A DNA stretch of 63,999 nt, the filler included, from Phoronis australis (Eukaryota; Animalia; Phoronida), in the NCBI GenBank assembly GCA_002633005.1. It is 13 parts of 13 records of this genome, joined end to end, with 100 filler letters (N's around TTAATTAATTAA, not from the genome) between each part and the next. Parts side by side here need not be neighbours in the genome. Positions count along the whole stretch, not along the records: positions 16,390 to 28,925 come from NMRA01001630.1; positions 29,026 to 43,939 come from NMRA01000126.1; 11 more parts are not named here. One strand, written 5' to 3'. Shown here piece after piece: positions 23,880 to 35,280 of this stretch; the first letter of the stretch is position 1, and every line of letters starts with the position of its first letter. Made by a program: the position numbers and the translations under genes. The notes under the pieces were generated by a model, which was not told where the DNA came from, did no database searches, and saw nothing but the letters and a program-made list of their open reading frames with translations.

Positions 23880-24880
23880 TTTAGCGCCTTAAAAACTTTT
23901 GACTCCGATTTCAAAACTTCTTTCTTTGGTGGATAACACTTTACTTACTGACTCCAAATACATCAGTCGCCACATCTGGCACAAAGAATTTTTGAAATCG
24001 AAAAAAAAAATTTTGGTCCCAAAAAGGACCCTTGCTGGGAGAGTCACTTTGTGGGCCACTGCAGCCTTCATTAGTGGGCTGATCAAGCTGAAACTTGGAG
24101 GCTGACTTTTGGAAAGATTGGCCTTGCAAATAAAAACAGAAACTTTACAATCAATGACAAAAAGTTTTTTGACTGAAAAAACCCTAAGCCTACAGTCCAG
24201 GGTTTTTAGGGGCGAAAAAAATTTTTGTCTCCAATTTAAAAAACTCTTTTGCAAACGGATATAGAGTGTTGAAAAACTAAAGCCCACAAAATTTGAGTTC
24301 GATTGGATCATTAATAAGGTGACGCGGCAAGACCAAAGTTGAAAAACATCATTTATAGACCCTTTTGCGCCTAAAAAATTTTTACCTCGGTTTCAAAACT
24401 TCATTTCTTTGGTGGATAGCCCTTTATTTACTGACTCCAAATACGTAAGTCGCCACTTCCGGCGAGCCCTAAGCTAACAGCAGAGGATCAAAACTGGAAA
24501 ATTGGGGAGTCTGACTTTGACCTTAAACCTTGACCCCTAACCAGATAGGGGCCTACAAATACGACACATTTGAAAGCTTGCCCTTTACCATAATTCGAAA
24601 ATGTCTCGCTTTGGTAGTCTTCAGGTCATTGGTCATGAGGATAGGATTTCCCAAACTATTAGCTAATTTTGACACAACTTTTCTGATACTGTGATGGGGT
24701 TGGTCATTTTGGGGTCCCTCCCGGGTGCTTACTAAGACCGAGAAAAGTATGACACTTACATTTCTAGAGAGGAGAGACAGGGGGCTATCAGGGTCACAAA
24801 GAATTTTTAGGTGAGTCACTTGGTGGGCCACTGTGACCTTAATTAGTGGGCAATAAAGCTGAAACTTGAAGGCTGACTAT
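23880..24880. repeat. Interspersed repeat with internal duplications
   Basis: 23891-23980 resembles 24373-24462 (tttcaaaacttc...tttctttggtggata...actgactccaaatac...gtcgccac); 24040-24106 resembles 24813-24878 (gagtcact...gtgggccactg...aagctgaaactt...ggctgact). Confidence 0.5.
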
Positions 24881-25119
24881 TGTGTCTTGGATTCAGTGTA
24901 TGATTCCATCACTGAAAATTATTACTTAATAATATCATTTCATAGATTAGCATTCTGGTATTTACATGTTCTTTAGCTATAAATACTAAATATCACCCTT
25001 ATCTTTCAGCTGGTATTTACTATGGAAGCAAAAGCACAAACTTTTCAAACATGTAATATGTAAATCTATATTCCCTCATTTACTCAAAAGATGCGCAAGG
25101 GGCTTGGCCAAAGCCGAGT

Positions 25120-25514
25120 GATCGAACCATGTTTCAAGTCAGATATGCAGTTTGTAAGCATATGGTTCATATTGCGAAGAACCACGGTCATGTATAGTTG
25201 TTCGCCTAATTGGAAAATGCGACCATGGTTGCTAGTTTTTAACCATGGTTGACCAAGGTCAAAAACGTAGTCAACCATGGTTCTCCAACTCTAGAAAAGA
25301 CAACCATGGTTGACAATGGTTTGACCATGGCTGACCATGGTCAAAAGCATGGTCAATCATGATTGTCTGTTTCTAGAAAAGGCAAACATGGTTGATTATA
25401 ATGGTTTGACTATGGTCAAAAGAATAGTCAGGCACAGTCAACTATGGTTGAACCATGGTTGACCGTGCATAACCATGCTTATACATGGTTAACCGTCGTA
25501 ACATTTCGCAAAGG
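25120..25514. repeat. ACCATGGT-rich repeat ending CATTTCGCAAAGG (inverted counterpart of the 21803 terminus)
   Basis: Dense accatggt/catggtc units; 25502-25514 reverse-complements to cctttgcgaaatg (11/13 match to cccctgcgaaatg). Confidence 0.55.
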
Positions 25515-26030
25515 CATCCTTAAAACAACCAGTGGACTACATTATGAATCTGCAACTTACAATTTTTAACATCGGTCAAAATACATAAAAGCAATTTACT
25601 TAAGTTATCTTTGAAGCATTCGTTCAATTGTTTTTACATTTTTTGCTTTTTTTAGTAAAAACAATCCTCAAAATAAATCAATAGTCATAACATATATCAA
25701 TAAAATATCAAAGAAAATAAGACATAATTGATCTTAGTGAGCTTCATTTAACATACAATCATCAAACTTTTGAAGTCACACACTGCGTTAATGCAGTCAA
25801 CCCAAAGTTGCAAACTTTAAACTGGAATAGATCAAGTTAGCAGCAGTGAATCTCATTGTTAAAGAAATCAATGAATTCCGTTCAGACCATGATTTAATCA
25901 CGGTTAATTAGAAACTTGCAGTGTCAACCAAAACCATAGTCTTCAAAGACGGCACTGCTGTTTAACCTCTATTTAACAGACAGCCTCAGTTTCAAAATGT
26001 GAGCTGTGAATGGAAACTATTAGGCCTCAC

Positions 26031-26117
26031 CTCAACAGCTAGCAGTAGGGAATCTAGCGGGGTAGACGAGGGTAATGATTTTGACAACGTGTCTTGCACT
26101 GGGCACAGAGCATCCAA
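26031..26117 (-). CDS. TKFC: TKFC internal exon
   Basis: tttcag|LDALCPVQDTLSKSLPSSTPLDSLLLAVE|gtgag; 87 nt, phase 0/0; LDAL follows GDRT in Dak2. Confidence 0.85.
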
Positions 26118-27160
26118 CTGAAAAAATGTGAGGAAAAGTCAAGACAAATGTCCACAACACTCAGATGTATCTTTTCACCACAAAATCTGAACCCTTGCTT
26201 TCAAAACTACAACAGATATGTTAGGTCTTCTTAGACACAACTTCAGAATTGTTTCAAAGGAGCTCTATCAACACCACAACAGACAACTTCAGTCACCCTG
26301 TTTATGTTCTGGTTCTCTCGGGTCACCCCAACCTTGGGAATATGTCAATAATTTTTCCGTCTGACTTCAAATCAATTCTGCTTACGCCAGTAATTCTGAA
26401 AAGGCTCCTCAACTCCAATTGAGCGTCTCTGTTGAAAAATCTACCATATTTAGACCGTATCTATCATACTAATCTCCTTGCATGGTTTCAGAAAATATAA
26501 AAAACCAGAAAATGTTAAATGAAGGGTAAACATTTTGTGAAATATGCAACACAACAAATGAGATTTAAAATACCACCAATTTATTTGAAATCCTGGCCTT
26601 ACAAAAATAAACCTCAAATTTCACTGTCTTCCATTAAAGTAACACTGTCCATTAGAAAAGTGGTTTACTGAGATCAGCCGAAATGTGGAATCTTATTCAC
26701 AACCTCAGAGATCACACTGGCATCAGTGCTGTTTCAAAGAACTTCAACCTATAAATGGCAGTCTTTTAAGCGTGTTTAACTGGTTAAGTCACCAGCCTTG
26801 GTCTCAGGCAATGTCTGACAAACAATGAGAATTGGCAATTGGATACAAAATCACAAAAACAACGCATTTTGTTGCTTCATTGCCCAGATCAAAGCCCATA
26901 GCTTCAAGAAGTGTACACCATCCAATATTAATCTCAAAAATTTGTTTTTCAGATACAACATGGATTCATATCCCTAACCAAATGCAAGCAACCAGCTCGG
27001 ACTATAAAATGTCATCTTTCCCTAGCATTCACATCCAACGTGCAAACAAACTCCCTCCCCATCCCAATAAAACAGGACAACCCCTAGCATACCCATCCAA
27101 CATGCAGAAAAACTGCCTCACCATCCCAATAAGACAGGACAGTTTCCTTTCATCACTTAC

Positions 27161-27194
27161 CACTGTTCTGTCCCCTGGCTCCGCTCCACCATAT
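27161..27194 (-). CDS. TKFC: TKFC 34-nt micro-exon
   Basis: cacag|A TAT GGT GGA GCG GAG CCA GGG GAC AGA ACA GTG|gtaagt = (R)YGGAEPGDRTV, the Dak2 GxAxxGDRT motif. Confidence 0.9.
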
Positions 27195-27794
27195 CTGTGA
27201 ATGACGTAAAGTGATATTTGTTACTGTGTGCAAACTTTCAGGCTGAACTGTAGTAAAGCAAACCCCTTCTTGGGTTTTCTATCCGACTTTATTGTAACCA
27301 AATCAACATGTCTGTAGAGCAATTGGCTTGGGACTACTCGAACGGAAACGGCAAGCGAATGTTATACAGGAACGTTTTTAACTGTGCCCAGGTATGTGTT
27401 ATGTGATGATATTCGATTGACATGTTGGAGACATTGCCTCGATTCTCAGACAAGCTCAATGTCATGTATTGGTTTGTAATTCCAGGAAAAGGTAGTGTTA
27501 TGGAAAAGTAATATGAAAAGGCATTATGGGACAATAAGATATCAGCTTGTAGCTAGAATATGAATTAATTTTACTCTTACACAAAATTAAACATGAAACT
27601 GCAAGTAAATTCACACCAGACATCTGCAGACAATTGTTACATTCTGTTGTTTGATAGTATACATACATACATACATGCAGAACAATCAGGATATATTTAG
27701 TAAACAAGAAACTTTTTGACAATCAAGGGCAGGGTTCATGGATTGTAATGCTGAATTTCTTAAATATTTCTATCAATAATTGTTCGCTTCACTT

Positions 27795-28236
27795 CAGAGA
27801 CCCTGGTTTTCTGTGGTAATGCAAAATGGATGGAATTCATGTAGTCTGATTTCCTTCAAGGAATTTTTTGTGAATGGCATTGACATATTTCTGAAGTAAA
27901 CACACTAATTTTAATATTTAATTATGTGACATCATCCCGCATGCGAGTTTCATAACCCTCAACACATATGGTAAATTAACCAGTCGTCTGTGATTCAACC
28001 ATGAAGCTGAGCTCCACGGAGTTAAATGAGTGATAACATAGCTTTCACTGCCTGAAATCACGGTGTGCAGCAATTTATTGCTACAATGATAATGCGACGT
28101 ATTTCAGTGAAAAAGTAAGGCAATTATCAAGTAATTTTTTTAACGTTTTTATCACATTAATCATTTACAAGACGAAAAAAATACGTTGGTTACAATGAAC
28201 TTCTCTGTTTTTGCAAACCGAAAATCAGGGTCTCTA
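27795..28236. mobile_element. Degenerate MITE (~440 bp) in a TKFC intron, YAG termini (hAT-like?)
   Basis: cagagaccctggttttc...gcaaaa at left; ttttgcaaaccgaaaatcagggtctcta at right; no TSD seen. Confidence 0.5.
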
Positions 28237-28472
28237 TGTCAAAGCTAAGCAACCACTACAAAAACTTCATCCAGTTTTCACCAGTAACCAAGCAGATGTT
28301 CATTCACAGGGGCCCAAAAATGATGCGTTAAAAAGTCCTTGGATGACCATCACTTAAAAAATAAGTCACCAAACTGCTAAGAGCTGCCATACTATACCTA
28401 ATCAATGAAAACAAAATGGCAGCACTGACTAAATACAAATAACGTGCTGACAGTAGTTAACGGTACATGTAC

Positions 28473-28576
28473 CTCTGTATGGCGCTAGTGCCCGCCTGGA
28501 GAGCGTGTAGCCAATATATGGGAGATGTAGAATCGTGAAGAGGGTTGGCAGCTGCCGTTAGAAATAAGCTGTAGAT
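28473..28576 (-). CDS. TKFC: TKFC internal exon
   Basis: cttcag|IYSLFLTAAANPLHDSTSPIYWLHALQAGTSAIQ(R)|gtacat; phase-2 end matches the micro-exon. Confidence 0.88.
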
Positions 28577-29560
28577 CTGAAGCAAGAGAAAGAGGCCTCA
28601 CAGAAATATTCAACTAATGTAAACAACTCTTTTGTAGCTATATGACGAAGAAGGTAAATCTGAAACTAATGATTGAGGTGATCCAAATCCTTTGAAGGAT
28701 ACTACTGTTTGAAAAATGTAGAATAGATATATGTAAATAAAACAACAATAATGGATCAACTGAAATTTTTGGATATAATCACATCCTTTGTCAACAGAAA
28801 CAAAGGATGTAATTATATCTGAAAATTTTACTCGATCCATTATTGTTGTTGTATTTACATTATAGGACGATCGCCGCACAAATATGCTATGTAATGTTAA
28901 CTTCGTGATTATTTTTCAGGCAACANNNNNNNNNNNNNNNNNNNNNNNNNNNNNNNNNNNNNNNNNNNNTTAATTAATTAANNNNNNNNNNNNNNNNNNN
29001 NNNNNNNNNNNNNNNNNNNNNNNNNGTTGCCGTTGCCGTTGCATGTAGCTGGGCGACTGCTTGGTCAATATCCGTTCCCGTATCTAATCTCTTTTTGAGG
29101 TAATGAATAGAGTATTTGCGTTTTTTGCTCTCTTGCCACTCCAAGTGTATACAAACGTGCTTTCGGTTATTTATGTCATTCAATGGAATATCGTTAGCGC
29201 GATTGGTGTTTAGTAATTATACCGCATATGAAGACTGCCACGATAATGACCTCGTCTTGTACACAGAACCTCAAATCGACCACATTAATGCGACATTCCA
29301 ACACGTACCCGAGCAACTGCTTCGTTGATACTAGATACGAAGTGACTGATCAACTTTATTGATGAGGTATTTTGAATACATGTAACAAAAAATTCGACCA
29401 TATGAATCTAATACTTAAAATAAACATATTGATATTTTAAAGTATAAACTCTAATACTGCGCGACAAAAGTTACATAGACACAGCGACTTATTCCAAAAT
29501 GTATTGATTGTGGAAGAAAATCGGATTCATTCATACCAAGCACGAACTTTAAAATTAGCG

Positions 29561-29875
29561 AGGAGCCTCAGGGTGGCATTATCCTTGTCTAGGATCTGAA
29601 CACCAGAGCAATCTATAGTGTGACCAGTTGTCAAGGAATGATTTAGAACAGCACTGTGTAAAGGAGGCTATGCATATACGGTTGAATCATGTGAGCGCTA
29701 CCTCAATAGAAACATTGGTTCATTTGAGCTCCAACTGTTTTGATTTCTGGTCTCCCCCCCCTCACAATGCATTTTGATGTGTACCTGTGCAATCTCTTTT
29801 CTACCTGTTTCGCTTGTTTTGTGTTTGTAACTGTTTCCTTGAAAATGGTTTACTGAAATAAACCGAAACGTTAGA
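29561..29875 (+). mobile_element. 5'-truncated, 5'-inverted Penelope-like element fragment (GIY-YIG C-terminus plus hammerhead-like 3' motif)
   Basis: Minus strand ~29654-29561 reads SAVLNHSLTTGHTIDCSGVQILDKDNATLRLL; plus strand from 29658 reads VKEAMHIRLNH...LNRNIG. Downstream: CTTGAAAAT-GGTTTA-CTGAAA-TAAACC-GAAACG at ~29838-29870. Confidence 0.7.
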
Positions 29876-31009
29876 TTGGATAGATATGTCGTTATTTACT
29901 TACGCGCTAATTTTAAAGTTCGTGCTTCTGTTCTGGCCAAAATCAAATGTGATCATTCATACCATCGACAATGTCATTAGAAATGAAATCAAGATGACAT
30001 CAAAATCGGTATATACGTTTTCGTCGACTCAGTTTACAAAGCTGAGCATCAAAAAGTACATAGAGCACTGGTACTTTCAAATTTAGAAAAACCTATGAAA
30101 CGCTTGAACACATAAAGATATGAGATATTAAACATGTTGAAATTCCAAAAACGGATGAGGGCTATGCATTAGATTACAGAAAGAGATGAGCAAATGTTTT
30201 TTACAGGGAGACTAAACATATTTAGTTACAGGGTAGGCGTGACCATATAATTTTCTTCGTTCGCGTTTGATGGCATATTTATCCATAATGAAAATAATTA
30301 TCATATCATTAAATAATCAATCTCTTGTACAACCTTTAAAGGTTCACCATATTTACAGAAGTTGTGTAATACATAGCTTCCTAACAATTCACTTTTAAAA
30401 CACACACCCCTCCCTTGATAGTGATATTCAAGTTCATGTGGTTTACCATAATGTCCACATACTGCAAGAACTTCAAAAAGACCATCAAGTGAGGGTGAGG
30501 ACAGAACAAGATCATCGACTTACATAAAGTCCACATTGAAATGGTTGCCCGATAGTATACCATCTGGACTAAGGCCATTTGAATCTTTGAAGAATGTTGA
30601 CAGAAACAGGCTTTTTCACGACAATTGATGGACAGTATTCGAATAAAAGTTCGTAGTTCGCTTCGATGTATTAAATATTAAGGGTGATGATAGCCCCAAA
30701 AACCTGCTTAGTAAAATGACATTCTACATTCAGGAAAGTTTACAGCTGAACGGCAATATATCTTGCCATTCTCTTGTCAATCGTGTTAGAGGTACTTCAG
30801 GAAATTTGGTGCACGTTAACCGGTTGTGACGTCGTGGTCCCCATGCTAATGATAAAGTCCAGTGGTTTGACAAATGGCAAAGTCACTGAAATCAAACAAT
30901 CAATATTAAATGAAATTAATTATTAACCTCCGAGAAAGAATATAACACAGATCACCTGAACTGATTTGAGAAATCACCCAATTACACAACTTCCTGTCAT
31001 CCGCTTCAC

Positions 31010-32455
31010 GGTTTTGGAGACTGTGTCCTGAAACCAGGTGTGAAACCGTGTACATGAATAAAGTCGGATATCTGAATGATTTTTCACTTCGTTTTTCCAA
31101 AACGAAAACGTATTCGTAAAATTTTGATGGCTTGCAGAACACCTAGCAGTCAAAACATGTAACTTCCAGGACGTTAGCTGAAAGGTACCAGACCTTTTGG
31201 TCCTGGTGTTATTGGTGTTAGTGGTCCTGCGGCATATTTGGTACAAGGTCATTGCTCATGACGTCAGATCCAGCATGCTAATGGTATACTAGTCATCCAA
31301 AGTCTCTACAATAAGGTTTAAACAAAGTCAGCCCCATGGATGCAATGAAGCCACATGATCTCACTTGAAATCACATAGACCACCCGTTCGAAAACAAAGT
31401 GTTAGAATTTTAACCACACAGCGTTCTGAACAGTGATTTTGAGCAAAGCATTCGGGTAATTTTATGCACGTGCTGCCTGTCTGAAACGACTTCATGGAAG
31501 TGCCATTACCTCTAGAAAGGATCAAAGCAAAGTTTGGCAATGTTCACCAAGCTGTCGCTTTTGGTTCCATTTTCAAATTTTGGTTTACCGCCAGTATAAT
31601 TTTGCAGCTCTTCTATTGTTGACTTTGAATCACTGCTTTCTGGTCTCATAGACCTTCGAACTAGTTTCGAACTAACTAGCACTCCTCTGTGACAGATGTG
31701 TGAACCTTCGACCCGATAGGGCCTTTATCAAAACATTTTCAATCGTCATTATTTGGGCGTTAAGACATGAAAACCGTCATTGTCGAGCTCTACCTGATTC
31801 ATACTAATGTTTTATGAAACTCAAGCAAATTTAGCTTAACATATGATCTGAATTGAAAACTCAAAGTGAGAAACAATGAGGGCAGAATGTACGAAATCAC
31901 AGGCGGTATTCACGAGTCTGAAGGTTCGCAAGTCACTTTTATTTCTATTTTCAAATTTTGGTTAACCAACACTAAACTTTTATGCTGCGTTGGTCTTGGG
32001 CTTTGAATCACTGGTTTCTGGTCTGATACATCTTCGAATTAGTTTCGAACTAACAAGCTCTCCTCTCTGACGGATTTGTGAATCTTCCGCCTGAGAGGGC
32101 TATTTTTAGAACATTTTCATTGATCGTACTATGGGCATTAAGACTGCAGAACCTTCAAAATGTCGACCAGTACCCTATTCACACTAATACAGAACGAAAC
32201 GCAAGCAACATTAGTTTACCTTCGTAATTTTCGTCTTAACGCTTTCTTCTTCTGTTTTGGTTATCCGTGTGGGTCGCAACATATCGTTGAGGAATGGTGA
32301 TGGCGTGTAAATGGACAAAATCGTGTACTAGTATAATTTACAAACACTCGCTAAAATCTCCTGTTTTCGATTTGCTACTCGGATGCTAACTGAAAAATTC
32401 CTGTCTCTACGCCGGCAGAAATCGATCACGGTTTAACCGTTGCTCAGCTCCATCT
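31010..32455 (+). repeat. Old interspersed repeat; diverged second copy at ~35410-36482; internal ~380-bp tandem duplication (31570 vs 31948)
   Basis: Shared blocks gtgtgaaac..tgtacatgaa, ttttcaaattttggtttaccgcca, gccggcagaaatcgatcacgg, gctccatct. Confidence 0.55.
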
Positions 32456-32795
32456 GGTGGTGGCTTCTGAAGAGGAATTCAATAACACAATTTAGCCTGT
32501 ATTCAGAGACCGTGTATGTCATTTACGTTTATTCGTGCTGTCTTTCTTGGTATGTTGGGGGTTAATTATGTTAGTATGTTAGTGAAAGTGTTAGTTGTAA
32601 TTAGAAACAGCGTTAGCGTCAATGCAAAAGCACCAACAAGAAATGTATCAAATGTAAGAAAGACTGAGTCCTAAAAAATGGTAATACACTTGATAATTGG
32701 GTAGATCTATGCATTGGAATAAATGTGCGTCATCACGACTCAAATATCAATACATGAGAAGAACTCAAGGTACAAACAAAATACAGCCAACACTT

Positions 32796-34670
32796 AACAA
32801 GAGCAACGCAGAGCGTTGAAATGCGCCCACAATTGCACCGTATACGGTATCCTTCTAGGTTTGTTTATTGGTACCATAAAGTGGCCAGTAGAGGGCATAT
32901 ATGTAGTATGTTGTACTTTGCAAAATGGAAAGGCATGGTCATTGTCTTCTCAATAGGCTAGGGGCAAAATGTGAGTGATCTTCATAATACAAGCACATCC
33001 TATACATCAGTTGCTTAAAGCACCACAGAAACATAGAATTAAAAACAAATTTACCAACATACGAGATTAGCACAGCATTAGAATGCCAGAAACAGATTTC
33101 TACTTGGAACTTTTCCTTCATAGTCACGAAGTAACACAAAGTATACCCATGAAGACCTATGAAAATACAGAGGTCAATGTAAAATACTAAAATTGCCACT
33201 AGAGCCATACCGGTAGTCAGAATCATCCGAAAGTCGTCATCGTCCGTTGTCAACATCACATAAATACACTTGCTAAATCTAGTAAAGATCCTGCAAACGG
33301 TTTGGGAGATACAGCCATGGGCTCAAAAAAACTGCCACTAGGAGGCGCCACAGTAATCAAATTCATGGGAAATTCAGCATCAACCGTCCTCTTTGTAGTA
33401 AGAACATACATGCCAATTTTCACAATCATACTTATAGCGGTTTGGTTGATAGAGGGTGGACGCAAAAAAACAGACTCAAAAGCAGTAAAAATGGCTACTA
33501 GGTGTCACAAGCTAGGTCGAATCCATCCGAAAACGGGAGAATAGCATCATCGCACTAATAGGTGCCTACATACCAAATTTCATGAAAATCCGTTAAGGAC
33601 TTGTGAAGATACAGAGCTAAACGTAAACAAATAAAATTGCCACTAGGGGGCACACTGGTAGGCGGATCCGTCCAAAAGTCGTCATCGTCTGTTGTTAACA
33701 TAATATAAATACACTTATTAAATTTCGTAAAGATCCTGCCAACGGTTTAGGAGATACAGCCATAGGCGTAAAAAAAACTGCCACCAGGAGGCGCCACAGT
33801 AGTCCAAATCGTCTGAAAATCATTGTCAGCTGTCCTCTTTATAGTAAGCACATACACGTCAATTTTCACAATCATCCTTTGAGCGGTTTGGTTGACAGAG
33901 GGGTGGACGCAAAAATACAGACTCGAAAACAGTAAAAATGGCCACTAGGTGGCGCAAACTATGTGGAATCCATCTGAAAACTGGAAGATAGCGTTATCTT
34001 ACTAATAGGTGCCTACATACCAAATTTCATGAAAATCCGTTCAGGACTTTTGAAGATACAAAGGTAAGCGTACAAAACTAAAATTGCCACTAGTGTGCAC
34101 ACCGGTAGTCGGATCCATCCAAAAGTCGTCATCTTCCGTTGTTAACATCATACAAATATACTCACACAATTTCGTAAAGATAATGCGAACGGTTTAGGAG
34201 ATACAGCCATAGGCGCAAAAAAAAACAACTGCCACTAGGAGGCGCCACAGTAGTCAAAATCGTCGGAAAATCATTGTCAACCGTCCTCTACATAGTAAGC
34301 ATATACATGCCAATTTTCACATTCATCCTTTGAGCGGTTTGGTTGATAGAGGGGTGGACGCACAAAACAGACTCGAAAACACTAAAAATGGCCACTAGGT
34401 GGCGCAAACTATGTCGAATCCATCTGAAAACGGGAGGATAGCGTCATCTCTCTAATAGGTGCCTACATACCAAATTTCATGAAAATCCGTTCAGGACTTT
34501 TGAAGATACAAAGGTAAGCGTAAAAAACTAAAATTGCCACTAGGGGGCACACCGGTAGTCGGATCCGTCCGAAAGTTTGCACATTCATGAATGGAACATA
34601 TGTGCCAAATTTCATGAACGTATGTCAAAGGGTTTTGGAGATAGAGCAGAGGACGCCGGACGGCGCATAA
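32796..34670 (-). mobile_element. DINE-1/HINE-like Helentron derivative with three ~444-450-bp internal tandem units
   Basis: Begins AACAAGAG, hairpin CAACGC-AGA-GCGTTG (32804-32818), subTIR ATGCGCCCACA (32821). Units start (aaaattgccactag) at 33189, 33633, 34080, 34530. Ends ggacgccggacggcgcataa. Confidence 0.8.
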
Positions 34671-34876
34671 AAATCCGACCTGGGCATCACACTGTTAGTC
34701 GCAGGTGAAATACCGTATCTGCAAGTGTCAACCAGATCAACATGTTATCAATAACAAAAGTAAACACCTTTATCGCCCTTGATGTAAGTGGTAATACAGT
34801 ATCTCTTGGTGAACACCCTCACAGAATAGGTAATTTCCGCGATTTATTTTACTTTTCGACCATGGTTCTATTTTGT

Positions 34877-35280
34877 GTTCTTGGTTCGGCTACATCTTTG
34901 GGTCACTTCCAGTGATGGCATGGTCAGGATAGTGCTTGTTCAGGTACTGTATGACCCTGGAAAATGTATACATTTCTCAAAGTTTCATATATCTCAGAAA
35001 GAGCTGGTCGGATCTTAAATAAAACTTACAAATGCCATGATCTCAACACAGTTCATAAAACGAAAATTAAATTCTGTTCTTGGTTCGGCTACCTCTTTGG
35101 GTCACTGCCAGTGATGGTGATGTCAAGATAGTGCTTGTTCAGGTACCATATGACCCTGGAAAATTTAACTATACATTTCTCTAAATTTTCAGGCTTGTAT
35201 CTCAGAAAGAGCTGGTCAGATTTAAGTAAAACTTTCAAATGCCATGATCTCAACACAGTTCATAAAACGAAAATTAAATG
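34877..35280 (+). repeat. ~200-bp tandem duplication (2 copies)
   Basis: gttcttggttcggctac...tatgaccctggaaaat...aaatgccatgatctcaacacagttcataaaacgaaaattaaa at 34877 and 35076. Confidence 0.75.

Noticed and set aside
32939-33259. Duplicated hydrophobic ~105-aa ORF (also 43558-43866) as a membrane-protein gene pair
   Set aside because: Both lie within copies of the non-coding HINE and diverge by a frameshift.
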